DNA of 64,000 bases from an uncultured Patescibacteria group bacterium (GCA_937929825.1 CALFUV010000008.1:11838-75837), one strand, 5' to 3'. Numbered from the stretch's first letter, positions 47,167 through 57,152 are shown. Numbers and translations are program-made. The notes: generated by a model from the sequence alone, not told the origin.

Positions 47167-49098
47167 ATGTTTAAGATTAATAAATTAGGTAAGCCTAGCG
47201 ATCAGCATCCTCACGGAGCTATTGCTTTGTTGATGTTGATGGGTGTGGCAGTATTTAGTTTAATGGTATTGGTTAGCGTTAGCACTTTAACTAGTCATAT
47301 TTTTTCCATTACTTTGGATCAGGTAGCTACCGAGAAAACTTTTTACGCGGCTGAGGCTGGCTTAAATGAAGGTTTATACAGGCTTATACGCAATCCTTGG
47401 CCACAAACTTTTAGTTTTAATTTTAATAATGTAGCTGTGGATGTGAGCATAAGCACCAGTTTCGGTAATCCTTATCAGCGGCTAGTAACTTCCCGAGCGC
47501 AAGATTCTACCGGCAAGGTGCGCGAGTTGGAAATAGTTGCCAATACTTCTTCTTTTGCCGGTGGTTTTATTGGGGCCGTGCACGCTGGCTCGGGTGGTGT
47601 TTATATAAACAATAATGCTATGGTTATTGGCGATCTTTATTCTAACGGCAATGTGACCGGTGGCGCCAATGGTGTGGTGCAGGGCAATATTTCATCTGTA
47701 GCTTCAGCTATTCAAAATCAGGCTCATAATAATCATGATAGTGAATTTATTTTTGGACAATCAGCAACTTATAGTGATGTGGCCCAAAGTTTTACACCAA
47801 ACGTTTCAGGACAAATTAATCAGGTGCGCTTAAAAATAAGAGCTATTGGCAATCCTAATTTAAGTAATACCTGGTGGCGTATTACTGCTGATAATGGTGG
47901 CAAGCCAGCCACCTCCGCCTTGGCCACTGGTTCTTTTAACAACGCCAGCGTTGGTCAGACTAGTAGCACGCTTGATTGGTTAATTATAAATATTCCATCT
48001 CCGGTGAGCGTAACCGCTGGAACCAAGTATTGGTTATTGATTGACTCAGTAAACAACGTTAATAATCACTGGGCTTGGGCTAAGGATAGTACAGATGCTT
48101 ATGCCGGCGGCAGTGCTTTTTATACTAATAACTGGACTAGTTCAGGGGCTGTTTGGGCTCCACTTGAATCAGATGGCGCTGATTTGGCGTTTCAGGTTTG
48201 GTATGGTGATCCTTATGTAATGTTGGAAAATATTGTTGTAAGAGGCGAAGCCAGAGCTAATAGAATTACCGGCACTGGCGGTAGCAGTTATGCCAAGGTT
48301 TGCGGCAATGCTTATTATGATTCTATCCTGCAGTCTTCATATGATTTTCTTATGTCAACCTCAAATCAATACAATAATTTAAGAAATTCAAATTGTGGTT
48401 CATCTGCCACTATAAATAATTATAATTTAGCCGACAATGATCGTAGGATTTACCCAATGCCTATAACCGATCAACATATTCAAACTTGGCAGAATGAAAT
48501 TACATCAGGTGGCCAGCCAGAACTTTATCCCAATCCAAGTGATTGTCCGCAAAGTTATTCCAGCGGAACATATTGCGTAACTAGTAATACAACTCTGGGT
48601 CATCAAAAAATAAACGGAAATTTATATGTGGGTATTAAAACTACCGGTGGAGCTGAGCCAACACTAACTTTAACCGGTAATGTTTGGGTGACGGGAAACA
48701 TAATTTTGAATAATAACGGAGTTATTCGATTGGATCCCAGTCTGGAGGCGGCTAGTAGTGTATTGATTGCTGACGGTATTGTTGTTTTGGAAAATAATTA
48801 TCAGATTAATGGTTCTGGCAACCCAAAGAGTTTTTTACTTTTAGTAACACGTAATAATAGCCTTGGCAGTACGCCAGCTGTTTCTACCAGAAACAATTCT
48901 GCCTCTTTGGTTGTAGCCGCGCCTAATGGTGAGATTTTAGTAAAACAGGGAGGTATTGCTAAAGCCACTGCTGCCTATAAACTTACTTTAGAGAATGGCA
49001 GTCAGGTGATTTTTGATAATAATTTGTTGGAATTATTAGTGCCGTCGGCTAATCAGTCAGCATTGTGGGTAGAGTTTAATTCGTGGAGGGAAAAGTAA
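47167..49098 (+). CDS. Large (643 aa) N-terminally anchored pilus-associated protein (possible tip adhesin / PilY1-like role, inferred from context only)
   Basis: Hydrophobic N-terminus HPHGAIALLMLMGVAVFSLMVLV without Glu +5; G/N/S/T-rich beta-type sequence; sits inside the pilin gene run. Confidence 0.35.
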   Translation: MFKINKLGKPSDQHPHGAIALLMLMGVAVFSLMVLVSVSTLTSHIFSITLDQVATEKTFYAAEAGLNEGLYRLIRNPWPQTFSFNFNNVAVDVSISTSFGNPYQRLVTSRAQDSTGKVRELEIVANTSSFAGGFIGAVHAGSGGVYINNNAMVIGDLYSNGNVTGGANGVVQGNISSVASAIQNQAHNNHDSEFIFGQSATYSDVAQSFTPNVSGQINQVRLKIRAIGNPNLSNTWWRITADNGGKPATSALATGSFNNASVGQTSSTLDWLIINIPSPVSVTAGTKYWLLIDSVNNVNNHWAWAKDSTDAYAGGSAFYTNNWTSSGAVWAPLESDGADLAFQVWYGDPYVMLENIVVRGEARANRITGTGGSSYAKVCGNAYYDSILQSSYDFLMSTSNQYNNLRNSNCGSSATINNYNLADNDRRIYPMPITDQHIQTWQNEITSGGQPELYPNPSDCPQSYSSGTYCVTSNTTLGHQKINGNLYVGIKTTGGAEPTLTLTGNVWVTGNIILNNNGVIRLDPSLEAASSVLIADGIVVLENNYQINGSGNPKSFLLLVTRNNSLGSTPAVSTRNNSASLVVAAPNGEILVKQGGIAKATAAYKLTLENGSQVIFDNNLLELLVPSANQSALWVEFNSWREK

Positions 49099-49259
49099 AA
49101 AAATTTACTATTATTATTTTTTATAATCTTACTAATATTAGTAAATAAATATATTTTTTGTTTATTTATTAATTTGTTGAAAATTATATTTTAATCTATA
49201 ATTATAATATATTATTCTCTTTTAGGACTTTTAAGAATACAAAGTTTATTTTATAAAAA

Positions 49260-51071
49260 ATGAATTTTAAAATAAATGAAAATCGACAAAATAATTTTCC
49301 TTTTGGATCTTCTCTTATAGAATCTTTGATAGGATCAGCGGTTTTTATAATAATTGCCATCGCAGTTTATCAGGGTTTTGTTTCTATTACTGAAGCGGTA
49401 AGAATTTCACGTCTTAAAGTTATAGTAGCAGAGATAGCTAATGAGCAGTTTGAAATAATTCGTAATTTACCCTATTCCGATGTTGGTATAGTAAACGGTT
49501 TGCCGTCTGGTAAGTTGTTAAGAAATCAGATTATAAATAGGAACGGGTTGGAATTTTTGATTGTTATCACGATACGTAATATTGATGATCCATTTGATGG
49601 TACTATTGGCGGTTCTCCTAATGATCTTTCTCCTGCTGATTACAAATTAGTTGCTTTGGATATCAGCTGTAATAATTGTCGTGGTCTGACACCTCTGTCT
49701 TTTACCACTTATATTGCCCCTCTTGCATTGGAAACCTCTTCTAATAATGGCGCTTTATTTATTCAGGTTTTTGACGCAAATGGTCAGCCCATTCAGGGTG
49801 CTAATATTCATATTGAGAATAATCAACAGATTCCACCTATAGTAATTGATGACATTACTAATAATTCTGGTTATTTACAAATTGTAGATGCACCACCTGG
49901 TGTAGAGGCTTATGAGATTTATGTTACCAAAGCCGGCTATTCATCAGCAAAAACTTATACATCCGGTCTAACTGATAATCCTAATCCCTCTAGACCACAT
50001 GCCACTGTTTTAATTCAGCAGGTTACTCAAATTAGTTTTTCTATAGATAAATTAAGTCAGGTTAATTTTTCTACAATTACTAAAACTTGTTCATCTTTGG
50101 GCGGTATTAATTTTGATTTACAAGGATCAAAAATTATCGGCACTAATCCAGAAATTTTGAAGTATAAAAAATCTTTTGTTTCTAGTAGCGACGGATTAGC
50201 AATCATTTCGGACCTAGAATGGGATACTTATAATTTAGAGATAATTGACCGATTTTATGATTTGGTCGGTACTATTCCGCCTTTGCCTATTTTAATTATT
50301 CCAGATTCAATCCAAGATGTTAAATTAGTAATAGGCTCTAAAAATCCAAATAGCTTACTAGTCAGCGTGTTAGATGGCTCTACCCAATTACCATTATCTA
50401 ATGCCAGTGTAACTCTTAGTGCTGGTGCTTATAGTAAGACATTAATTACTGGTCAAGGTTTTTTACGACAAACCGATTGGTCAGGTGGTGATGGTCAGGT
50501 TGATTTTATAGATGAAAGAAGATATTTATCCTCCGATGGTAATATCTCTACAGAAGATCCTGCTGGTGAACTTCGCTTATATCATAATGGGGTTGAATAT
50601 ATGACCAGCGGTTATTTAGAATCATCCACTTTTGATACTGGCTCCCTAAGTAATTTCCATCAGCTTATTTGGCAGCCACAAAATCAACCTCTCGAAGCTG
50701 GGTTTGATAGTGTTAAATTTCAAATTGCTAGTAATAAAGATAATACAACTTGGAATTTTTTGGGTCCTGATGGTACATCTTCTACCTATTATACTCTAAC
50801 TAATTCGAATATAAACCCTTTGCATAATAGTGATAGATATTTTCGTTATAAATTATTTCTTAGCACTATTGATTCTAAAGTTACTCCTATTGTAAGTGAC
50901 ATATCATTTACTTTCACTTCATTATGTGTGCCTCCTGGACAAGTGCTTTTCTCTGGTTTATCTGCTGGCATTTATGATCTGATTGTGACTAAAATAGGAT
51001 ATCAAACAATAAATGATACTGTAGAAATAAGTAATGATTGGCAACAGAAGAATATTTTATTGTTTCCATAG
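49260..51071 (+). CDS. Giant pilin-like protein (603 aa) with prepilin-type N-terminus
   Basis: NNFPFG|SSLIESLIGSAVFIIIAIAV (Glu +5), then a large beta-rich domain. Confidence 0.5.
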   Translation: MNFKINENRQNNFPFGSSLIESLIGSAVFIIIAIAVYQGFVSITEAVRISRLKVIVAEIANEQFEIIRNLPYSDVGIVNGLPSGKLLRNQIINRNGLEFLIVITIRNIDDPFDGTIGGSPNDLSPADYKLVALDISCNNCRGLTPLSFTTYIAPLALETSSNNGALFIQVFDANGQPIQGANIHIENNQQIPPIVIDDITNNSGYLQIVDAPPGVEAYEIYVTKAGYSSAKTYTSGLTDNPNPSRPHATVLIQQVTQISFSIDKLSQVNFSTITKTCSSLGGINFDLQGSKIIGTNPEILKYKKSFVSSSDGLAIISDLEWDTYNLEIIDRFYDLVGTIPPLPILIIPDSIQDVKLVIGSKNPNSLLVSVLDGSTQLPLSNASVTLSAGAYSKTLITGQGFLRQTDWSGGDGQVDFIDERRYLSSDGNISTEDPAGELRLYHNGVEYMTSGYLESSTFDTGSLSNFHQLIWQPQNQPLEAGFDSVKFQIASNKDNTTWNFLGPDGTSSTYYTLTNSNINPLHNSDRYFRYKLFLSTIDSKVTPIVSDISFTFTSLCVPPGQVLFSGLSAGIYDLIVTKIGYQTINDTVEISNDWQQKNILLFP

Positions 51072-51074
51072 TAT

Positions 51075-51704
51075 ATGTTCAATTTTGAGAGAAATATCAT
51101 TTGGCAATTAAGATCCGGTTTTACTTTGATAGAGGTTATAGTAGCACTATGTATTTTTTTATTAATTGGTTTGACTATTTTATCTTTTCAAAAAGATATC
51201 TTTGTTATAAATATGACCTTATCCGATAGTATAGCCACACAAACAGAGATAAGAAAGTTGTTTAAGTCTATAAGCTCTGAGATACGATCAGCTTCTATTT
51301 CTAGTACTGGAGGATATCCTATAGCTTATGCTAATGCTACCAACTTCACCTTTTATAGCGACATTGATAATGACGGATTTAAAGAGCGGGTACGGTATTT
51401 TGTGGATAATGATGTTTTAAAAAAGGGCATCATTAAACCTTCAGGTAATCCCTTAAGTTATAATTCAGCTAACGAGGTGATTAGTATTGTAATAAATAAT
51501 TTAATCAACGACTCTCAGCCAGTATTTGAATATTATGATTCTTCATATGACGGAAGTAGTTTATCTTTATCTGAACCAATAGATTTATTAGCAATACGTT
51601 TAGTTAAAATTACTGTTAAGGTGGATAAAAATCCATCCCGTCCCCCGGGAGATATTACTATGATTACACATATTTCAATTAGAAATTTAAAAAATAATTT
51701 CTAG
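51075..51704 (+). CDS. Type IV pilin/pseudopilin
   Basis: Canonical QLRSG|FTLIEVIVALCIFLLIGL. Confidence 0.7.
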   Translation: MFNFERNIIWQLRSGFTLIEVIVALCIFLLIGLTILSFQKDIFVINMTLSDSIATQTEIRKLFKSISSEIRSASISSTGGYPIAYANATNFTFYSDIDNDGFKERVRYFVDNDVLKKGIIKPSGNPLSYNSANEVISIVINNLINDSQPVFEYYDSSYDGSSLSLSEPIDLLAIRLVKITVKVDKNPSRPPGDITMITHISIRNLKNNF

Positions 51705-51721
51705 ATAGTTAAGTAGTATTT

Positions 51722-53191
51722 ATGGAGCTTATAAAGAAAAACCAAATATCAAAATTTCCTCAAGGACATGTTCTTATTTTAGTGTTGGTTTTTTCTTCAA
51801 TGGCTGGTTTTATACTTATCAGTTTAGCTAATTTAGCCTTACTTAATATTAAGGCTGGGCAACAGACTATTAAAAGAGAGCAGGCTTTTCATTTAGCTGA
51901 GGCTGGTGTGGAATATTATCGTTGGCATTTGGCTCATGCACCACACGATTATCAGGATGGTACTGGAAATCCGGGGCCATATATTCATGATTTTTTTGAT
52001 AAGAATGGAAATAAGATAGGAATTTTCACTTTAGAAATAAATCCCCCTCCAATTGGCTCTACACTTGTTACTATTACATCAACAGGTAAAATAATTTCAG
52101 GTTTAGGTATCTCACAGAGAAAAATTACCACCAGTTTAGCTAAGCCATCTATTGTTAGGTTTGCGGTGGTGGCTAATGATAATATTCGTTTTGGGGAAGG
52201 CACCCAGATCTTTGGTCCCATTCATTCAAATAATGGTATTAGGTTTGATGGTTTAGCCCATAATATCGTTTCTAGTTCGGTGGCAAGTTATGATGATCCA
52301 GATCATTCAGGAGATAATGAGTTTGGTGTGCATACGCATGTTTTTCCAATAGATCCCTTACCACCATCACCCGTGCCCAATAGGCCAGATGTGTTTATTT
52401 CTGGACGTCAGTTCCCAGTTCCAGCAGTTGATTTTTATGGTATTACTGCTGATCTTTCTCAGATTAAGACCAAAGCTCAAGCTGATGGATTTTATCGTCC
52501 TTCTTCTGGTGCGTTAGGTTATCATATAGTTTTAAAAACTAATGATACTTTTGATCTTTATCGTGTAACTAATTTTATTAATCCTCCTTCAGGTTGTGAT
52601 AATATTCAAAATCAGAACGGATGGGGAACTTGGAGTATTAATAATCAACATTTAATAGGTAATTTTCGATTTCCCAATAATGGTTTGATATTTTTGGAAG
52701 ATGATATTTTTGTCAATGGGCAGATAAATAATGCTCGTCTTACTATTGTAGCCGCTTTTTTTCCAGATAATCCTCCTTTACGGAAAAATATCATAATTAA
52801 TAATGATTTGTTTTACACTAACTATGACGGCCGAGATGCTTTAGGGTTAATATCTCAGGGTAACATTCATATAGGATTAGTTAGTGATAATGATTTACGG
52901 ATTGATGCCGCCCTTATTGCTCAGAATGGGCGAGTGGGTAGGTTTTATTACCGTCCCCCAAGTGGTGGTTTAAATAGGTGTTCACCATACCATAATCGTC
53001 AAGCAGTTACTCTTTGGGGCATGATTGCTACTAATAAACGTTATGGTTTTGCTTATACAGATGGCACTGGTTATCAAAATAGATTCATAAATTATGATGC
53101 TAATTTACTTTATTCCCCCCCACCTTATTTTCCAACAACCTCAGATCAATATACCCAAGTTTCTTGGGAAGAAGTTTCTTGGGAAGAATAG
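51722..53191 (+). CDS. Large minor-pilin-like protein (489 aa; PilX-like hydrophobic N-terminus without Glu +5)
   Basis: KFPQG|HVLILVLVFSSMAGFILISLA. The C-terminus carries a 15-bp perfect tandem duplication (VSWEEVSWEE). Confidence 0.4.
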   Translation: MELIKKNQISKFPQGHVLILVLVFSSMAGFILISLANLALLNIKAGQQTIKREQAFHLAEAGVEYYRWHLAHAPHDYQDGTGNPGPYIHDFFDKNGNKIGIFTLEINPPPIGSTLVTITSTGKIISGLGISQRKITTSLAKPSIVRFAVVANDNIRFGEGTQIFGPIHSNNGIRFDGLAHNIVSSSVASYDDPDHSGDNEFGVHTHVFPIDPLPPSPVPNRPDVFISGRQFPVPAVDFYGITADLSQIKTKAQADGFYRPSSGALGYHIVLKTNDTFDLYRVTNFINPPSGCDNIQNQNGWGTWSINNQHLIGNFRFPNNGLIFLEDDIFVNGQINNARLTIVAAFFPDNPPLRKNIIINNDLFYTNYDGRDALGLISQGNIHIGLVSDNDLRIDAALIAQNGRVGRFYYRPPSGGLNRCSPYHNRQAVTLWGMIATNKRYGFAYTDGTGYQNRFINYDANLLYSPPPYFPTTSDQYTQVSWEEVSWEE

Positions 53192-53330
53192 GTATTAAGT
53201 ATATAAATATATCCTAAATCTGAGTTATATTATTAACTGATATGCTTTACCCTTTTGGTTAGCTCCATTCTTTGATCGCTTCCGCTCTCGTAAGTTATTG
53301 AATAAGTAAAAAGCAATAGTTAAAAGTTTT

Positions 53331-53364
53331 AAAAGAACCCCCTTTTTTGCGGGGTTCTTTTTTT
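53331..53364 (+). terminator. Intrinsic terminator about 140 nt after the last pilin gene
   Basis: AAAAGAACCCC-cttttttgc-GGGGTTCTTTTTTT. Confidence 0.65.
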
Positions 53365-53483
53365 AAATATTCCATAGATATATTAAATAAATTATTTAAC
53401 TAGCACCTGCTTGCCAGAAATATAATTAAGATATAAGATAGGGCCACTAATAAAATATACAAAAATAAATAAAAAGGATAAAA

Positions 53484-54083
53484 ATGAACTTAGTCATTCT
53501 TATAATTCTCACTTACCTTTTAGGTTCCTTACCTTTTGGTTATTGGATAGCCAAATTAAAAGGTATTGATATAACTACTGTGGGAAGCGGTAATATAGGC
53601 ACTACTAATGTTTGGCGTATCTTAGGTGCTAAATGGGGAGTAGTAACTTTTCTGGGTGATACCATCAAAGGATTTTTAGCCGTTACTTTGGTTAATATAT
53701 TTTTTTTAGATCCTTTGATAGGTTACTATATTTTAGCAGGCAGTTTGGCAATAATAGGACATTATAAATCCATTTTCTTGAAGTTTAAGGGGGGTAAGGC
53801 AGTGGCAACTTCTCTTGGTGTAATATTTGGTCTATTGCCTTTTTGGTTTGCTTTTATTCTTCTTGGAGTTTTTGGTTTTATTTTGTTGGTATCAAAACAA
53901 GTATCTTTAGGCTCCATTGCCGCAGCTGTAGCAGCTGTTATTGCTAAAATATTGTTTTTAGGCGGGTTTAATGAACAGCAGTACGGTACCACTTTATTTA
54001 TTATTTGTGTGGCAGCATTGATAATAATAGCCCACAAGGAAAATATCACCAGGATATTAAAAGGAACTGAGAGAAGAATATAA
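53484..54083 (+). CDS. plsY: Glycerol-3-phosphate acyltransferase PlsY
   Basis: LGSLPFGYWIAKL...GSGNIGTTNVWR...HYKSIFLKFKGGKAVATSLG, the PlsY signatures. Confidence 0.85.
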   Translation: MNLVILIILTYLLGSLPFGYWIAKLKGIDITTVGSGNIGTTNVWRILGAKWGVVTFLGDTIKGFLAVTLVNIFFLDPLIGYYILAGSLAIIGHYKSIFLKFKGGKAVATSLGVIFGLLPFWFAFILLGVFGFILLVSKQVSLGSIAAAVAAVIAKILFLGGFNEQQYGTTLFIICVAALIIIAHKENITRILKGTERRI

Positions 54084-54163
54084 TTTCAGCCCTTTGCCAT
54101 CATATGGCTAAGGGCTTATTTTAAATTTAACTATTTATTTGGGAGGGTCTATAATTTATTAGT

Positions 54164-55471
54164 ATGCAGCCATTAAAAATTTTAGCAGATAATTTTGTTA
54201 ACCCTCATAGTAATAACCATAAAACAGCTTGGTATGCTTGGAGTGGCGCGGCTTTAGCTTTGCTAGCATTAGCTAGTGGACTTTATTTTTTTTATTCTTT
54301 AACAGAACAGAAATCAGAGTCAAAAAAAATTTATTATAACCCCAATTTAAGAATTATCTTGGCCTATCCAACTACTTGGCTACCGGTGCCAATACTACAG
54401 GATAATGATGGTTTACCCCGTCGTTTTGAGGGTAAGAGCGGCTGGTTTGAGGTAAGCGCTACTTCAGGCGAGGGGGTTATTTTAACAGAAATAGCTTCCA
54501 GTCTTAATCAAGTTTATGATTTGCCTTTTGGTGCTAATCCACAAATAAATACTGTTAAAATAGCCGGTCAGCCCGGTGCAATGATTGTACCTACTGAAGA
54601 TGGCATAAACCAAGCGGCGGCCGTGATTACCTACCCTGAGCCGGTATTAGTAGGTTTAACAAGTTATCGTTTTTTTATAATAAGATTTGATAAAAATCAT
54701 GCTGTTAATATTTTGAATTCATTGAAATTTATAAGTGATGATGCGATAGAAACAGAAAATTTACCTAATATAATGGTTTATAGTCCGCCACGATTGGCTA
54801 TAATTAATAGTCCTTTTGAGGTAGCTGGCGTTGCCCGCACTACTGATAATGTGCTTAGTCTTAGGATTTTAAATAGTAAAAAACAAGTTATTTGGACAGG
54901 GTCAACAGCAGTTAGTTCTGCAAAAAATGGAAGTTGGGGAGCTTTTAATGCACTGGTTAATTTAAGCGGAGCAGAAATAATCTCCGGTGAAATTATTGAA
55001 CTTCAGGTTTATTACAATCCAGCTTCTGAAACAAGAGAAATGGATAAAGTGGTTATACCCTTGCAGTTAAGGGAAATAAAAGCTATGCAGGTAGTTGAGG
55101 TTTATTTTGGTTCTGTAAAAGCGCCATCTGGTGAAGAGTGTAATTCTGTTTATGCGATTGAGCGTTATGTATCGGAAACAGAATCTTTAGCCCAAGCGGC
55201 AATAATTGAATTACTAAAAGGGCCTAACTTACAAGAAAGGCAAAATGGTTATTTTACCAGCTTGCCACCGGGTGTGGTATTAAATAAGCTGGTAATTGAA
55301 AACGGTTTAGCTAGTATTGATTTTAATGAAAATTTGGAAAGAGGAGTGGGCGGATCATGCCGTGTGCTGTCTATACGTAAGCAAATAGAAAAAACCTTAC
55401 AACAGTTTCCTTCAGTGAAGGATGTGAAAATTTCTATTAATGGTCGAACGGAAGATATTTTGCAACCATAA
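54164..55471 (+). CDS. Anchored protein with an immunoglobulin-like (Gmad2-type) domain and a C-terminal GerMN domain
   Basis: TM anchor; IMVYSPPRLAIINSPFEVAGVARTTDNVLSLRILNSKKQVIWTG (Gmad2-like beta domain); C-terminal AIIELLKGPNLQERQNGYFTSLPPG...ASIDFNENL (GerMN). Confidence 0.5.
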   Translation: MQPLKILADNFVNPHSNNHKTAWYAWSGAALALLALASGLYFFYSLTEQKSESKKIYYNPNLRIILAYPTTWLPVPILQDNDGLPRRFEGKSGWFEVSATSGEGVILTEIASSLNQVYDLPFGANPQINTVKIAGQPGAMIVPTEDGINQAAAVITYPEPVLVGLTSYRFFIIRFDKNHAVNILNSLKFISDDAIETENLPNIMVYSPPRLAIINSPFEVAGVARTTDNVLSLRILNSKKQVIWTGSTAVSSAKNGSWGAFNALVNLSGAEIISGEIIELQVYYNPASETREMDKVVIPLQLREIKAMQVVEVYFGSVKAPSGEECNSVYAIERYVSETESLAQAAIIELLKGPNLQERQNGYFTSLPPGVVLNKLVIENGLASIDFNENLERGVGGSCRVLSIRKQIEKTLQQFPSVKDVKISINGRTEDILQP

Positions 55472-55508
55472 AACTTAATGTTACTTTTCTAGGAAAAGTA
55501 ACACAAAA

Positions 55509-55651
55509 GTCGCCGCACAGGTCTGCGGCTCTACAGTACTTGCCAGTTTCATTGTCTGGCGCTATGCACAGTCGGCCATAAACACGCGCCAGACGGCTGT
55601 TCGCCTGGTTTGCGTTCTGTAACAAGCCTCCGACATGGCGGCAAAATAATG
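55509..55651. ncRNA. Candidate structured RNA element, copy B (GC-rich, about 143 nt; homologous to 36755..36898); strand unknown
   Basis: About 55% GC. 9-bp stem GTCTGGCGC/GCGCCAGAC (55554-55562 / 55586-55594) enclosing a loop that is conserved with copy A; the 5' and 3' termini are also conserved with copy A. Confidence 0.4.
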
Positions 55652-55665
55652 CTAGAAAATATTTT

Positions 55666-56610
55666 TCACTGCCACTTATACATCTCATCAGCCCAGAGAC
55701 GGAGAGCATTCATGGCATGTTCTGATTCGGCCCGGGTAGGGGATGTAAGTACAGCGGCACAAAGACGACGACCAGAAGGTGTAATTATACCAGCTGCCAA
55801 ATGATATTTGGTTTCGTGTAAATAGCCTGTTTTGGCGCCAAAATAACGATTTGGATTATTTCTGACATCATAAACCGTGTGTAATACTGTTTTTCTTACC
55901 CCACCTTTGGTGGTGAAACTAACAGAAGGCGAGGATCCGTAAAATGAAGAAATAAAATTATGATAATACAAAGCACAGGCAGCATGAGCCATATCAGCGG
56001 CAGAGGAGGTATTGGCTAATGATAAGCCGGAAGGTTCATCTATCTTGGTTCGTGTTAAGCCCCAATCGGCTGCGGTAGTGCGCATAGCTTCAATAAATTC
56101 TGTACGCTCTAAACCAACACCTCTGCCTATACTTACAGCGGCATTATTTGCTGAACCTATGAGCATACTGGCAAAAGCTTGTTCAAGAGTTATCTGGTCT
56201 CCATTCTCAAGTTTTAATAGGGAAAAACTATCTTTGGGGCCAACGTAAGGGCGTAATAAATTTTCATTGTCATTAAGGGTAAAATTTAAGGGTGTATACC
56301 AATTTGGTTCATACTTAAGCAGAGTGCCGGCTGTTATCATTTTTATCAAACTGGCAGTAGGCATAACCGTATTTTCTTGATGGAAATAAAGTGGATAGCC
56401 AGTTGAGGCATCAAATAGGGCAGCAGCACGATAAGGTAAGGTTTTTAAATTATATTTTTTTAAATACCACCGGGTAAAATCTTCATAGTTAGCAACAGCT
56501 TGCGGATAAATTATTTCAGCTTGTGTTGCTGGAGTAATAATTACCAAAGTAAAACTTATAGTAGTGACAAATAAGACTATTATTAATATTAAATAATTAT
56601 TTTTACGCAT
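55666..56610 (-). CDS. dacA: D-alanyl-D-alanine carboxypeptidase (serine-type, peptidase S11 / PBP5-like)
   Basis: Signal/anchor, then SxxK (ASLIKM), SxN (GSANNA) and KTG (GAKTGYL) motifs in the correct order. Confidence 0.7.
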   Translation of the reverse strand: MRKNNYLILIIVLFVTTISFTLVIITPATQAEIIYPQAVANYEDFTRWYLKKYNLKTLPYRAAALFDASTGYPLYFHQENTVMPTASLIKMITAGTLLKYEPNWYTPLNFTLNDNENLLRPYVGPKDSFSLLKLENGDQITLEQAFASMLIGSANNAAVSIGRGVGLERTEFIEAMRTTAADWGLTRTKIDEPSGLSLANTSSAADMAHAACALYYHNFISSFYGSSPSVSFTTKGGVRKTVLHTVYDVRNNPNRYFGAKTGYLHETKYHLAAGIITPSGRRLCAAVLTSPTRAESEHAMNALRLWADEMYKWQ

Positions 56611-56749
56611 ACATTTTATTATAGCATAGCTTTTTTGAATTTAAGCAAAAAATTGGCAAAAACATCTAAATAAGGTATAATATATAAGTAATTTTACAAT
56701 TAGTAGAGATTATTTTAGATAAATAATCTCAAAACGTTAAAATAAGACT

Positions 56750-57151
56750 ATGAGTCTAAAAATTCCATTTTATCAGGATGCCGGTTTATTAATGATAAGA
56801 CTTGGTTTGGGAATAGTTTTTATAGCTCATGGTTGGAGTAAGTGGCAGTCTTTAGTAGAAACAAACCTATTTTTTTCTAATCTTGCTTTGCCAGTTTGGA
56901 CTGTATATTTAGTTATATTTTTTGAATTAATTGGTGGGTTGGCAGTAGTGTTTGGTTGGTTAGCCAGATTTTTTAGTTTTGGTTTGGTAATCATAATGAT
57001 AGTTGCCATAGCTAAAGTAAAATTGACAAGCGGATTTATTGGTGGTTATGAATTTGATTTTGTTTTAATGCTTATGGCTCTAAGTATTGTTTTAGCTGGC
57101 TCTGGTAGGTATAAAATGCGGCTGGCGAATTGGGGAAATAATTCTTATTAG
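56750..57151 (+). CDS. DoxX-family membrane protein
   Basis: LMIRLGLGIVFIAHGWSKW...; four TM helices, 133 aa. Confidence 0.65.
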   Translation: MSLKIPFYQDAGLLMIRLGLGIVFIAHGWSKWQSLVETNLFFSNLALPVWTVYLVIFFELIGGLAVVFGWLARFFSFGLVIIMIVAIAKVKLTSGFIGGYEFDFVLMLMALSIVLAGSGRYKMRLANWGNNSY

Positions 57152-57152
57152 A

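Noticed and set aside
53192-53330. About 140-nt spacer between the last pilin gene and its terminator, as a possible sRNA
   Set aside because: It shows no promoter-like element or conserved structure and is more likely a long 3' UTR; evidence is insufficient.
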